Shown here piece by piece: positions 1-15,000 of a DNA stretch of 64,000 nt. Within the stretch, counting starts at the first letter, position 1; each line of letters opens with the position of its first letter. The position numbers and the translations under genes are program-made. Source of the stretch: Squalus acanthias (lineage: Eukaryota); assembly GCA_030390025.1 (NCBI GenBank), contig CM059431.1:98272001-98336000 (forward strand), given 5' to 3'. The notes under the pieces were generated by a model. That model had not been told where the DNA came from and searched no databases. It saw only the letters and a program-made list of their open reading frames with translations.

Positions 1-3000
1 GGAGTCAGTAACTGGGATCGTCAGCGGGAGTCAGTAACTAGATTCTTCAGTGGGAGTCAGTACTAGAATCGTCAGTGGGAGTCCGTAACTAGGATTGTCA
101 GTGGGAGTCAGTAACTAGGATCGTCATTGGGAGTCAGTAACTGGAATCGTCAGTGGGAGTCAGTAACTAGGATCGTCAGTGGGAGTCAGTAACTAGGATC
201 GTCAGTGCGAATCAGTAACTAGGATCGTCAGTGGGAGTCAGTAACTAGGATCGTCAGTGGGAGTCAGTAACTAGATTCTTCAGTGGGAGTCAGTGACTAG
301 ATTCGTCAGTGGGAGTCAGTAACTAGAATCGTCAGTGGGAGTCAGTAACTAGATTCTTCAGTGGGAGTCAGTAACTAGAATCGTCAGTGGGAGTCAGTAA
401 CTAGAATCGTCAGTGGGAGTCAGTAACTAGAATCGTCAGTGGGAGTCAGTAACTAGAGTCTTCAGTGAGAGTCAGTAACTAGGATCGTCAGTGGGAGTCA
501 GTAACTAGAATAGTCAGTGGGAGTCAGTAACTAGGATCGTCAGTGGGAGTCAGTAACAAGGATCGTCAGTGGGAGTCAGTAACTAGGATCGTCAGTGGGA
601 GTCAGTAACTAGATTCTTCAGTGGGAGTCAGTAACTAGATTCTTCAGTGGGAGTCAGTAACTAGATTCTTCAATGAGAGTCAGTAACTTGGATCATCAGT
701 GGGAGTCAGTAACTAGAATCACTAGTGGGAGTCAGTAACTAGAGTCGTCAGTGGGAGTCAGTAACTAGATTCTTCAGTGGGAGTCAGTAACTAGGATCGT
801 CAGTGGGAGTCAGTAACTAGGATCGTCAGTGGGAGTCAGTAACAAGGATCGTCAGTGGGAGTCAGTAACTAGGATCGTCAGTGGGAGTCAGTAACTAGAA
901 TCACTAGTGGGAGTCAGTAACTAGAGTCGTCAGTGGGAGTCAGTAACTAGATTCTTCAGTGGGAGTCAGTAACTAGAGTCGTCAGTGAGAGTCAGTAACT
1001 AGATTCTTCAGTAGGAGTCAGTAACTAGAATCGTCAGTGGGAGTCAGTAACTAGATTCTTCAGTCGGAGTCAGTAACTTGAATCCTCAGTGGGAGTCAGT
1101 AACTAGATTCTTCAGTGGGAGTCAGTAACTAGGATCGTCAGTGGGAGTCAGTAACTAGGATCGTCAGTGGGAGTCAGTAACTAGGATCGTCAGTGGGAGT
1201 CAGTAACTAGATTCTTCAGTGGGAGTCAGTAACTAGAATCGTCAGAGGGAGTCAGTGACTAGGATCGTCAGTGGAAGTCAGTAACTAGAGTCGTCAGTGA
1301 GAGTCAGTAACTAGGATCGTCAGTGGGAGTCAGTAACTAGGATCGTCAGTGGGAGTCAGTAACTTGAGTCGTCAGTGAGAGTCAGTAACTAGATTCTTCA
1401 GTGGGAGTCAGTAACTAGGATCATCAGTGGGAGTCAGTAACTAGATTCTTCAGTGGGAGTCAGTAACTAGAATCGTCAGTGGGAGTCAGTAACTAGGATC
1501 GTCAGTGGGAGTCAGTAACTAGGATCGTCAGTGGGAGTCAGTAACTAGGATCGTCAGTGGGAGTCAGTAACTAGAATCGTCAGTGGGAGTCAGTAACTAG
1601 ATTCTTCAGTGGGAGTCAGTAACTAGGATCGTCAGTGGGAGTCAGTAACTAGAATCATCAGTGGGAGTCAGTAACTAGGAACTTCAGTGGGAGTCAGTAA
1701 CTAGAATCGTCAGTGGGAGTCAGTAACTAGATTCTTCAGTGGGAGTCAGTAACTAGATTCTTCAGTGGGAGTCAGTAACTAGATTCTTCAGTGGGAGTCA
1801 GTCACTAGATTCTTCAGTGGGAGTCAATAACTAGATTCTTCGGTGGGAGTCAGTAACTAGATTATTCAGTGGGAGTCAGTAACTAGATTCTTCAGTGGGA
1901 GTCAGTAACTAGGATCGTCAGTGGGAGTCAGTAACTAGAATCGTCAGTGGGAGTCAGTAACTAGATTCTTCAGTGGGAGTCAGTAACTAGATTCTTCGGT
2001 GGGAGTCAGTAACTAGATTATTCAGTGGGAGTCAGTAACTAGATTCTTCAGTGGGAGTCAGTAACTAGAATCGTCAGTGGGAGTCAGTAACTAGGATCGT
2101 CAGTGGGAGTCAGTAACTAGATTCTTCAGTGGCAGTCAGTAACCAGAATCGTCAGTGGGAGTCAGTAACTAGGATCGTCAGTGGGAGTCAGTAACTAGAT
2201 TCTTCAGTGGGAGTCAGTAACTAGATTCTTCGGTGGGAGTCAGTAACTAGATTATTCAGTGGGAGTCAGTAACTAGATTCTTCAGTGGGAGTCAGTAACT
2301 AGAATTGTCAGTGGGAGTCAGTAACTAGGATCGTCAGTGGGAGTCAGTAACTAGATTCTTCAGTGGCAGTCAGTAACCAGAATCGTCAGTGGGAGTCAGT
2401 AACTAGGATCGTCAGTGCGAATCAGTAACTAGGATCGTCAGTGGGAGTCAGTAACTAGAATCGTCAGTGGGAGTCAGTAACTAGAATCGTCAGAGGGAGA
2501 CAGTAACTAGAATCGTCAGTGGGAGTCAGTAACTAGAATCGTCAGTGGGAGTCAGTAAATAGATTCTTCAGTGGGAGTCAGTAACTAGAATCGTCAGTGG
2601 GAGTCAGTAACTAGAATCTTCAGTGGGAGTCAGTAACTAGGATCGTCAGTGGGAGTCAGTAACTAGATTCTTCAGTGGGAGTCAGTGACTAGATTCGTCA
2701 GTGGGAGTCAGTAACTAGAATCGTCAGTGGGAGTCAGTAACTAGATTCTTCAGTGGGAGTCAGTAACTAGAATCGTCAGTGGGAGTCAGTAACTAGAATC
2801 GTCAGTGGGAGTCAGTAACTAGAATCGTCAGTGGGAGTCAGTAACTAGAGTCTTCAGTGAGAGTCAGTAACTAGGATCGTCAGTGGGAGTCAGTAACTAG
2901 AATAGTCAGTGGGAGTCAGTAACTAGGATCGTCAGTGGGAGTCAGTAACAAGGATCGTCAGTGGGAGTCAGTAACTAGGATCGTCAGTGGGAGTCAGTAA

Positions 3001-6000
3001 CTAGATTCTTCAGTGGGAGTCAGTAACTAGATTCTTCAGTGGGAGTCAGTAACTAGATTCTTCAATGAGAGTCAGTAACTTGGATCATCAGTGGGAGTCA
3101 GTAACTAGAATCACTAGTGGGAGTCAGTAACTAGAGTCGTCAGTGGGAGTCAGTAACTAGATTCTTCAGTGGGAGTCAGTAACTAGGATCGTCAGTGGGA
3201 GTCAGTAACTAGGATCGTCAGTGGGAGTCAGTAACAAGGATCGTCAGTGGGAGTCAGTAACTAGGATCGTCAGTGGGAGTCAGTAACTAGAATCACTAGT
3301 GGGAGTCAGTAACTAGAGTCGTCAGTGGGAGTCAGTAACTAGATTCTTCAGTGGGAGTCAGTAACTAGAGTCGTCAGTGAGAGTCAGTAACTAGATTCTT
3401 CAGTAGGAGTCAGTAACTAGAATCGTCAGTGGGAGTCAGTAACTAGATTCTTCAGTCGGAGTCAGTAACTAGAATCCTCAGTGGGAGTCAGTAACTAGAT
3501 TCTTCAGTGGGAGTCAGTAACTAGGATCGTCAGTGGGAGTCAGTAACTAGGATCGTCAGTGGGAGTCAGTAACTAGGATCGTCAGTGGGAGTCAGTAACT
3601 AGATTCTTCAGTGGGAGTCAGTAACTAGAATCGTCAGAGGGAGTCAGTGACTAGGATCGTCAGTGGAAGTCAGTAACTAGAGTCGTCAGTGAGAGTCAGT
3701 AACTAGGATCGTCAGTGGGAGTCAGTAACTAGGATCGTCAGTGGGAGTCAGTAACTTGAGTCGTCAGTGAGAGTCAGTAACTAGATTCTTCAGTGGGAGT
3801 CAGTAACTAGGATCATCAGTGGGAGTCAGTAACTAGATTCTTCAGTGGGAGTCAGTAACTAGAATCGTCAGTGGGAGTCAGTAACTAGGATCGTCAGTGG
3901 GAGTCAGTAACTAGGATCGTCAGTGGGAGTCAGTAACTAGGATCGTCAGTGGGAGTCAGTAACTAGAATCGTCAGTGGGAGTCAGTAACTAGATTCTTCA
4001 GTGGGAGTCAGTAACTAGGATCGTCAGTGGGAGTCAGTAACTAGAATCATCAGTGGGAGTCAGTAACTAGGAACTTCAGTGGGAGTCAGTAACTAGAATC
4101 GTCAGTGGGAGTCAGTAACTAGATTCTTCAGTGGGAGTCAGTAACTAGATTCTTCAGTGGGAGTCAGTAACTAGATTCTTCAGTGGGAGTCAGTCACTAG
4201 ATTCTTCAGTGGGAGTCAATAACTAGATTCTTCGGTGGGAGTCAGTAACTAGATTATTCAGTGGGAGTCAGTAACTAGATTCTTCAGTGGGAGTCAGTAA
4301 CTAGGATCGTCAGTGGGAGTCAGTAACTAGAATCGTCAGTGGGAGTCAGTAACTAGATTCTTCAGTGGGAGTCAGTAACTAGATTCTTCGGTGGGAGTCA
4401 GTAACTAGATTATTCAGTGGGAGTCAGTAACTAGATTCTTCAGTGGGAGTCAGTAACTAGAATCGTCAGTGGGAGTCAGTAACTAGGATCGTCAGTGGGA
4501 GTCAGTAACTAGATTCTTCAGTGGCAGTCAGTAACCAGAATCGTCAGTGGGAGTCAGTAACTAGGATCGTCAGTGGGAGTCAGTAACTAGATTCTTCAGT
4601 GGGAGTCAGTAACTAGAATCGTCAGTGGGAGTCAGTAACTGGAATCGTCAGTGGGAGTCAGTAACTAGATTTTTCAGTGGGAGTCAGTAACTAGGATCGT
4701 CAGTGGGAGTCAGTAACTAGAATCGTCAGTGGGAGTCAGTAACTAGATTCTTCAGTGAGAGTCAGTAACTAGGAACGTCAGTGGGAGTCAGTAACTAGAA
4801 TCGTCAGTGGGAGTCAGTAACTAGGATCGTCAGTGGGATTCAGTAACAAGGATCGTCAGTGGGAGTCAGTAACTAGGATCGTCAGTGGAGTCAGTAACTA
4901 GATTATTCAGTGGGAGTCAGTAACTAGATTCTTCAGTGGGAGTCAGTAACTAGATTCTTCAGTGGGAGTCAGTAACTAGATTCTTCAATGGGAGTCAGTA
5001 ACTTGGATCGTCAGTGAGAGTCAGTAACTAGGATCGTCAGTGGGAGTCAGTAACTAGGATCGTCAGTGGGAGTCAGTAACTAGATTCTTCAGTGGGAGTC
5101 AGTAACTAGGATCGTCAGTGGGAGTCAGTAACTAGATTCTTCAGTGGGAGTCAGTAACTAGAATCGTCAGTGGGAGTCAGTAACTGGAATCGTCAGTGGG
5201 AGTCAGTAACTAGATTCTTCAGTGGGAGTCAGTAACTAGGATCGTCAGTGGGAGTCAGTAACTAGAATCGTCAGTGGGAGTCAGTAACTAGATTCTTCAG
5301 TGAGAGTCAGTAACTAGGATCGTCAGTGGGAGTCAGTAACTAGAATAGTCAGTGGGAGTCAGTAACTAGGATCGTCAGTGGGAGTCAGTAACAAGGATCG
5401 TCAGTGGGAGTCAGTAACTAGGATCGTCAGTGGGAGTCAGTAACTAGATTCTTCAGTGGGAGTCAGTAACTAGATTCTTCAATGAGAGTCAGTAACTTGG
5501 ATCATCAGTGGGAGTCAGTAACTAGAATCACTAGTGGGAGTCAGTAACTAGAGTCGTCAGTGGGAGTCAGTAACTAGATTCTTCAGTGGGAGTCAGTAAC
5601 TAGGATCGTCAGTGGGAGTCAGTAACTAGGATCGTCAGTGGGAGTCAGTAACAAGGATCGTCAGTGGGAGTCAGTAACTAGGATCGTCAGTGGGAGTCAG
5701 TAACTAGAATCACTAGTGGGAGTCAGTAACTAGAGTCGTCAGTGGGAGTCAGTAACTAGATTCTTCAGTGGGAGTCAGTAACTAGAGTCGTCAGTGAGAG
5801 TCAGTAACTAGATTCGTCAGCGGGAGTCAGTAACTAGGATCGTCAGTGGGAGTCAGTAACTAGAATCATCAGTGGCAGTCAGTAACTAGAGTCGTCAGTG
5901 GGAGTCAGTAACTAGATTCTTCAGTGAGAGTCAGTAACTAGAGTCGTCAGTGGGAGTCAGTAACTAGAATCGTCAGTGGGAGTCAGTAACTTGGATCGTC

Positions 6001-9000
6001 AGTGGGAGTCAGTAACTAGAATCGTCAGAGGGAGTCAGTAACTAGGATCGTCAGTGGGACTCCGTAACTAGGATCGTCAGTGGGAGTCAGTAACTAGAGT
6101 CGTCAGTGAGAGTCAGTAACTAGATTCTTCAGTGGGATTCAGTAACTAGGATCATCAGTGGGAGTCAGTATTAGAATCATCAGTGGGAGTCTGTAACTAG
6201 AGTCGTCATTGGGAGTCAGTAACTAGATTCTTCAGTGGGAGTCAGTAACTAGGATCGTCAGTGGGAGTCAGTAACTAGGATCGTCAGTGGGAGTCAGTAA
6301 CTAGGATCGTCAGTGGGAGTCAGTAACTAGAATCGTCAGTGGGAGTCAGTAACTAGGATCGTCAGTGGGAGTCAGTAACTAGAATCGTCAGTGGGAGTCA
6401 GTAACTAGATTCTTCAGTGGGAGTCAGTAACTAGGATCGTCAGTGGGAGTCAGTAACTAGAGTCGTCAGTGGGAGTCAGTAACTAGATTCTTCAGTGGTA
6501 GTCAGTAACTAGATTCTTCAGTGGGAGTCAATAACTAGGATCGTCAGTGAGAGTCAGTAACTAGAATCGTCAGTGGAAGTCAGTAACTAGATTCGTCAGT
6601 TGGAGTCAGTAACTAGAATCGTCAGTGGGAGTCAGTAACTAGGATCGTCAGTGGGAGTCAGTAACTAGGATCGTCAGTCGAAGTCAGTAACTAGGATCGT
6701 CAGTGGGAGTCAGTAACTAGAATCGTCAGTGGCAGTCAGTAACTAGGATCGTCAGTGGGAGTCAGTAACTGGGATCGTCAGCGGGAGTCAGCAACTAGAT
6801 TCTTCAGTGGTAGTCAGTACTAGAATCGTCAGTGGGAGTCAGTAACTAGGATCGTCAGTGGGAGTCCGTAACTAGGATTGTCAGTGGGAGTCAGTAACTA
6901 GGATCGTCATTGGGAGTCAGTAACTGGAATCGTCAGTGGGAGTCAGTAACTAGGATCGTCAGTGGGAGTCAGTAACTAGGATCGTCAGTGCGAATCAGTA
7001 ACTAGGATCGTCAGTGGGAGTCAGTAACTAGAATCGTCAGTGGGAGTCAGTAACTAGAATCGTCAGAGGGAGACAGTAACTAGAATCGTCAGTGGGAGTC
7101 AGTAACTAGAATCGTCAGTGGGAGTCAGTCACTAGATTCTTCAGTGGGAGTCAGTAACTAGAATCGTCAGTGGGAGTCAGTAACTAGAATCTTCAGTGGG
7201 AGTCAGTAACTAGGATCGTCAGTGGGAGTCAGTAACTAGATTCTTCAGTGGGAGTCAGTGACTAGATTCATCAGTGGGAGTCAGTAACTAGAATCGTCAG
7301 TGGGAGTCAGTAACTAGATTCTTCAGTGGGAGTCAGTAACTAGAATCGTCAGTGGGAGTCAGTAACTAGAATCGTCAGTGGGAGTCAGTAACTAGAATCG
7401 TCAGTGGGAGTCAGTAACTAGATTCTTCAGTGAGAGTCAGTAACTAGGATCGTCAGTGGGAGTCCGTAACTAGAATAGTCAGTGGGAGTCAGTAACTAGG
7501 ATCGTCAGTGGAAGTCAGTAACAAGGATCGTCAGTGGGAGTCAGTAACTAGGATCGTCAGTGGGAGTCAGTAACTAGATTCTTCAGTGGGAGTCAGCAAC
7601 TAGATTCTTCAGTGGGAGTCAGTAACTAGATTCTTCAATGAGAGTCAGTAACTTGGATCATCAGTGGGAGTCAGTAACTAGAATCACTAGTGGGAGTCAG
7701 TAACTAGAGTCGTCAGTGGGAGTCAGCAAATAGATTCTTCAGTGGGAGTCAGTAACTAGGATCGTCAGTGGGAGTCAGTAACTAGGATCGTCAGTGGGAG
7801 TCAGTAACAAGGATCGTCAGTGGGAGTCAGTAACTAGGATCGTCAGTGGGAGTCAGTAACTAGATTCTTCAGTGGGAGTCAGCAACTAGATTCTTCAGTG
7901 GGAGTCAGTAACTAGATTCTTCAATGGGAGTCAGTAACTTGGATCATCAGTGGGAGTCAGTAACTAGAATCACCAGTGGGAGTCAGTAACTAGGATCGTC
8001 AGTGGGAGTCAGTAACTAGATTCTTCAGTGGGAGTCAGTAACTAGATTCTTCAATGGGAGTCAGTAACTAGGATCGTCAGTGGGAGTCAGTAACTAGGAT
8101 CGTCAGTGAGAGTCAGTAACTAGGATCGTCAGTGAGAGTCAGTAACTGGGATCGTCAGTGGGAGTCAGTAACTAGGATCGTCAGTGGGAGTCAGTAACTA
8201 GGATCGTCAGTGAGAGTCAGTAACTGGGATCGTCAGTGGGAGTCAGTAACTAGAATCGTCAGTGGGAGTCAGTAACTGGGATCGTCAGTGGGAGTCAGTA
8301 ACTAGGATCGTCAGTGGGAGTCAGTAACTAGGATCGTCAGTGGGAGTCAGTAACTAGGATCGTCAGTGGGAGTCAGTAACTAGATTCTTCGTGGGAGTCA
8401 GTAACTAGGATCGTCAGTGGGAGTCAGTAACTAAATTCTTCAGTGGGAGTCAGTAACTAGATTCTTCAGTGGTAGTCAGTAACTAGATTCTTCAGTGGGA
8501 GTCAATAACTAGGATCGTCAGTGGGAGTCAGTAACTAGAATCGTCAGTGGGAGTCAGTAACTAGAGTCGTCAGTGGGAGCTATAACTAGAATCGTCAATG
8601 GGAGTCAGTAACTAGGATCGTCAGTGGGAGTCAGTAACTAGGATCGTCAGTGGGAGTCAGTAACTAGATTCTTCGTGGGAGTCAGTAACTAGGATCGTCA
8701 GTGGGAGTCAGTAACTAAATTCTTCAGTGGGAGTCAGTAACTAGATTCTTCAGTGGTAGTCAGTAACTAGATTCTTCAGTGGGAGTCAGTAACTAGAATC
8801 GTCAGAGGGAGTCAGTAACTAGGATCGTCAGTGGGACTCCGTAACTAGGATCGTCAGTGGGAGTCAGTAACTAGAGTCGTCAGTGAGAGTCAGTAACTAG
8901 ATTCTTCAGTGGGATTCAGTAACTAGGATCATCAGTGGGAGTCAGTATTAGAATCATCAGTGGGAGTCTGTAACTAGAGTCGTCATTGGGAGTCAGTAAC

Positions 9001-12000
9001 TAGATTCTTCAGTGGGAGTCAGTAACTAGGATCGTCAGTGGGAGTCAGTAACTAGGATCGTCAGTGGGAGTCAGTAACTAGGATCGTCAGTGGGAGTCAG
9101 TAACTAGAATCGTCAGTGGGAGTCAGTAACTAGGATCGTCAGTGGGAGTCAGTAACTAGAATCGTCAGTGGGAGTCAGTAACTAGATTCTTCAGTGGGAG
9201 TCAGTAACTAGGATCGTCAGTGGGAGTCAGTAACTAGAGTCGTCAGTGGGAGTCAGTAACTAGATTCTTCAGTGGTAGTCAGTAACTAGATTCTTCAGTG
9301 GGAGTCAATAACTAGGATCGTCAGTGAGAGTCAGTAACTAGAATCGTCAGTGGAAGTCAGTAACTAGATTCGTCAGTTGGAGTCAGTAACTAGAATCGTC
9401 AGTGGGAGTCAGTAACTAGGATCGTCAGTGGGAGTCAGTAACTAGGATCGTCAGTCGAAGTCAGTAACTAGGATCGTCAGTGGGAGTCAGTAACTAGAAT
9501 CGTCAGTGGCAGTCAGTAACTAGGATCGTCAGTGGGAGTCAGTAACTGGGATCGTCAGCGGGAGTCAGCAACTAGATTCTTCAGTGGTAGTCAGTACTAG
9601 AATCGTCAGTGGGAGTCAGTAACTAGGATCGTCAGTGGGAGTCCGTAACTAGGATTGTCAGTGGGAGTCAGTAACTAGGATCGTCATTGGGAGTCAGTAA
9701 CTGGAATCGTCAGTGGGAGTCAGTAACTAGGATCGTCAGTGGGAGTCAGTAACTAGGATCGTCAGTGCGAATCAGTAACTAGGATCGTCAGTGGGAGTCA
9801 GTAACTAGAATCGTCAGTGGGAGTCAGTAACTAGAATCGTCAGAGGGAGACAGTAACTAGAATCGTCAGTGGGAGTCAGTAACTAGAATCGTCAGTGGGA
9901 GTCAGTCACTAGATTCTTCAGTGGGAGTCAGTAACTAGAATCGTCAGTGGGAGTCAGTAACTAGAATCTTCAGTGGGAGTCAGTAACTAGGATCGTCAGT
10001 GGGAGTCAGTAACTAGATTCTTCAGTGGGAGTCAGTGACTAGATTCATCAGTGGGAGTCAGTAACTAGAATCGTCAGTGGGAGTCAGTAACTAGATTCTT
10101 CAGTGGGAGTCAGTAACTAGAATCGTCAGTGGGAGTCAGTAACTAGAATCGTCAGTGGGAGTCAGTAACTAGAATCGTCAGTGGGAGTCAGTAACTAGAT
10201 TCTTCAGTGAGAGTCAGTAACTAGGATCGTCAGTGGGAGTCCGTAACTAGAATAGTCAGTGGGAGTCAGTAACTAGGATCGTCAGTGGAAGTCAGTAACA
10301 AGGATCGTCAGTGGGAGTCAGTAACTAGGATCGTCAGTGGGAGTCAGTAACTAGATTCTTCAGTGGGAGTCAGCAACTAGATTCTTCAGTGGGAGTCAGT
10401 AACTAGATTCTTCAATGAGAGTCAGTAACTTGGATCATCAGTGGGAGTCAGTAACTAGAATCACTAGTGGGAGTCAGTAACTAGAGTCGTCAGTGGGAGT
10501 CAGCAAATAGATTCTTCAGTGGGAGTCAGTAACTAGGATCGTCAGTGGGAGTCAGTAACTAGGATCGTCAGTGGGAGTCAGTAACAAGGATCGTCAGTGG
10601 GAGTCAGTAACTAGGATCGTCAGTGGGAGTCAGTAACTAGATTCTTCAGTGGGAGTCAGCAACTAGATTCTTCAGTGGGAGTCAGTAACTAGATTCTTCA
10701 ATGGGAGTCAGTAACTTGGATCATCAGTGGGAGTCAGTAACTAGAATCACCAGTGGGAGTCAGTAACTAGGATCGTCAGTGGGAGTCAGTAACTAGATTC
10801 TTCAGTGGGAGTCAGTAACTAGATTCTTCAATGGGAGTCAGTAACTAGGATCGTCAGTGGGAGTCAGTAACTAGGATCGTCAGTGAGAGTCAGTAACTAG
10901 GATCGTCAGTGAGAGTCAGTAACTGGGATCGTCAGTGGGAGTCAGTAACTAGGATCGTCAGTGGGAGTCAGTAACTAGGATCGTCAGTGAGAGTCAGTAA
11001 CTGGGATCGTCAGTGGGAGTCAGTAACTAGAATCGTCAGTGGGAGTCAGTAACTGGGATCGTCAGTGGGAGTCAGTAACTAGGATCGTCAGTGGGAGTCA
11101 GTAACTAGGATCGTCAGTGGGAGTCAGTAACTAGGATCGTCAGTGGGAGTCAGTAACTAGATTCTTCGTGGGAGTCAGTAACTAGGATCGTCAGTGGGAG
11201 TCAGTAACTAAATTCTTCAGTGGGAGTCAGTAACTAGATTCTTCAGTGGTAGTCAGTAACTAGATTCTTCAGTGGGAGTCAATAACTAGGATCGTCAGTG
11301 GGAGTCAGTAACTAGAATCGTCAGTGGGAGTCAGTAACTAGAGTCGTCAGTGGGAGCTATAACTAGAATCGTCAATGGGAGTCAGTAACTAGAATCGTCA
11401 GTGGGAGTCAGTAACTAGAATCGTCAGTGGGAGTCAGTAACTAGGATCGTCAGTGGGAGTCAGTAACTAGAATCGTCAGAGGGAGTCAGTAACTAGAATC
11501 TTCACTTGGAGTCAGTAACTAGAATCGTCAGTGGGAGTCAGTAACTAGAGTCGTCAATGGGAGTCAGTAACTAGAGTCGTCAGTGGGAGTCAGTAACTAG
11601 AATCGTCAGTGGGAGTCAGTAACTAGAATCGTCAGTGGGAGTCAGTAACTAGAGTCGTCAGTGGGAGTCAGTAACTAGAATCGTCAGTGGGAGTCAGTAA
11701 CTAGAATCGTCAGTGGGAGTCAGTAACTAGAATCGTCAGTGAGAGTCAGTAACTAGAATCTTCAGTGGGAGTCAGTAACTAGCATCGTCTGTGGGAGTCA
11801 GTAACAAGAATCGTCAGTGGGAGTCAGTAACTAGAATCTTCACTGGGAGTCAGTAACTAGATTCTTCAGTGGGAGTCAGGAACTAGGATCGTCAGTGGGA
11901 GTCAGTAACTAGGATCATCAGTGGGAGTCAGTAACTAGAATCTTCAGTGGGAGTCAGTAACTAGAATCGTCAGTGGGAGTCAGTAACTAGGATCGTCAGT

Positions 12001-15000
12001 GGGAGTCAGTAACTAGAGTCATCAGTGGGAGTCAGTAACTAGGATCGTCAGTGAGAGTCAGTAACTAGAATCGTCAGTGGGAGTCAGTAACTAGGATCGT
12101 CAGTGGGAGTCAGTAACTAGAATCGTCAGTGGGAGTCAGTAACTAGAATCATCAGTGGGAGTCAGTAACTAGAATCGTCAGTGGGAGTCAGTAGGTAGAA
12201 TCTTCAGTGGGAGTCAGTAACTAGGATCGTCAGCGGGAGTCAGTAACTAGGATCGTCAGTGGGAGTCAGTAGGTAGAATCTTCAGTGGGAGTCAGTAACT
12301 AGGATCGTCAGTGGGAGTCAGTAGGTAGAATCTTCAGTGGGAGTCAGTAACTAGGATCGTCAGTGCGAGTCAGTAACTACGATCGTCAGTGGGAGTCAGT
12401 AAGTAGAATCGTCAGTGGGAGTCAGTAACTAGATTCTTCAGTAGGAGTCAGTAACTAGAATCGTCAGTGGGAGTCAGTAACTAGATTCTTCAGTCGGAGT
12501 CAGTAACTAGAATCCTCAGTGGGAGTCAGTAACTAGATTCTTCAGTGGGAGTCAGTAACTAGAATCGTCAGAGGGAGTCAGTGACTAGGATCGTCAGTGG
12601 AAGTCAGTAACTAGAGTCGCCAGTGAGAGTCAGTAACTAGGATCGTCAGTGGGAGTCAGTAACTAGGATCGTCAGTGGGAGTCAGTAACTAGAGTCGTCA
12701 GTGGGAGTCAGTAACTAGAATCGTCAGTGGGAGTCAGTAACTAGGAACTTCAGTGGGAGTCAGTAACTAGATTCTTCAGTGGGAGTCAGTAACTAGGATC
12801 ATCAGTGGGAGTCAGTAACTAGAATCATCAGTGGGAGTCAGTAACCAGAGTCGTCAGTGGGAGTCAGTAACTAGATTCTTCAGTGGGAGTCAGTAACTAG
12901 AATCGTCAGTGGGAGACAGTAACTAGGATCGTCAGTGGGAGTCAGTAACTAGGATCGTCAGTGGGAGTCAGTAACTAGGATCGTCAGTGGGAGTCAGTAA
13001 CTAGATTCTTCAGTGGGAGTCAGTAACTAGAATCGTCAGTGGGAGTCAGTAACTAGGAACTTCAGTGGGAGTCAGTAACTAGAATCGTCAGTGGGAGTCA
13101 GTAACTAGATTCTTCAGTGGGAGTCAGTAACTAGATTCTTCAGTGGGAGTCAGTCACTAGATTCTTCAGTGGGAGTCAGTCACTAGATTCTTCAGTGGGA
13201 GTCAATAACTAGAATCGTCAGTGGGAGTCAGTAACTAGAATCGTCAGTGGGAGTCAGTAACTAGATTCTTCAGTGGGAGTCAGTAACTAGATTCTTCGGT
13301 GGGAGTCAGTAACTAGATTATTCAGTGGGAGTCAGTAACTAGATTCTTCAGTGGGAGTCAGTAACTAGAATCGTCAGTGGGAGTCAGTAACTAGGATCGT
13401 CAGTGAGAGTCAGTAACTGGGATCGTCAGTGGGAGTCAGTAACTAGGATCGTCAGTGGGAGTCAGTAACTAGGATCGTCAGTGGGAGTCAGTAACTAGGA
13501 TCGTCAGTGGGAGTCAGTAACTAGATTCTTCAGTGGGAGTCAGTAACTAGGATCGTCAGTGGGAGTCAGTAACTAAATTCTTCAGTGGGAGTCAGTAACT
13601 AGACTCGTCAGTGGGAGTCAGTAACTAGGATCGTCAGTGGGAGTCAGTAACTAGAGTCGTCAGTGGGAGTCAGTAACTAGAATCGTCAGTGGGAGTCAGT
13701 AACTAGAGTCGTCAGTGGGAGCTATAACTAGAATCGTCAATGGGAGTCAGTAACTAGAATCGTCAGTGGGAGTCAGTAACTAGAATCGTCAGTGGGAGTC
13801 AGTAACTAGGATCGTCAGTGGGAGTCAGTAACTAGAATCGTCAGAGGGAGTCAGTAACTAGAATCTTCACTTGGAGTCAGTAACTAGAATCGTCAGTGGG
13901 AGTCAGTAACTAGAGTCGTCAATGGGAGTCAGTAACTAGAGTCGTCAGTGGGAGTCAGTAACTAGAATCGTCAGTGGGAATCAGTAACTAGAGTCGTCAG
14001 TGGGAGTCAGTAACTAGAATCGTCAGTGGGAGTCAGTAACTAGAATCGTCAGTGGGAGTCAGTAACTAGAATCGTCAGTGAGAGTCAGTAACTAGAATCT
14101 TCAGTGGGAGTCAGTAACTAGGATCGTCAGTGGGAGTCAGTAACAAGAATCGTCAGTGGGAGTCAGTAACTAGAATCTTCACTGGGAGTCAGTAACTAGA
14201 TTCTTCAGTGGGAGTCAGTAACTAGGATCGTCAGTGGGAGTCAGTAACTAGGATCGTCAGTGGGAGTCAGTAACTAGAATCTTCAGTGGGAGTCAGTAAC
14301 TAGAATCGTCAGTGGGAGTCAGTAACTAGGATCGTCAGTGGGAGTCAGTAACTAGAGTCATCAGTGGGAGTCAGTAACTAGGATCGTCAGTGAGAGTCAG
14401 TAACTAGAATCGTCAGTGGGAGTCAGTAACTAGGATCGTCAGTGGGAGTCAGTAACTAGAATCGTCAGTGGGAGTCAGTAACTAGAATCATCAGTGGGTG
14501 TCAGTACCTAGAATCGTCAGTGGGAGTCAGTAGGTAGAATCTTCAGTGGGAGTCAGTAACTAGGATCGTCAGCGGGAGTCACTAACTAGGATCGTCAGTG
14601 CGAGTCAGTAACTACGATCGTCAGTGGGAGTCAGTAAGTAGAATCGTCAGTGGGAGTCAGTAACTAGATTCTTCAGTAGGAGTCAGTAACTAGAATCGTC
14701 AGTGGGAGTCAGTAACTAGATTCTTCAGTCGGAGTCAGTACCTAGAATCCTCAGTGGGAGTCAGTAACTAGATTCTTCAGTGGGAGTCAGTATCTAGGAT
14801 CGTCAGTGGGAGTCAGTAACTAGGATCGTCAGTGGGAGTCAGTAACTAGGATCGTCAGTGGGAGTCAGTAACTAGATTCTTCAGTGGGAGTCAGTAACTA
14901 GAATCGTCAGAGGGAGTCAGTGACTAGGATCGTCAGTGGAAGTCAGTAACTAGGATCGTCAGTGGGAGTCAGTAACTAGGATCGTCAGTGGGAGTCAGTA

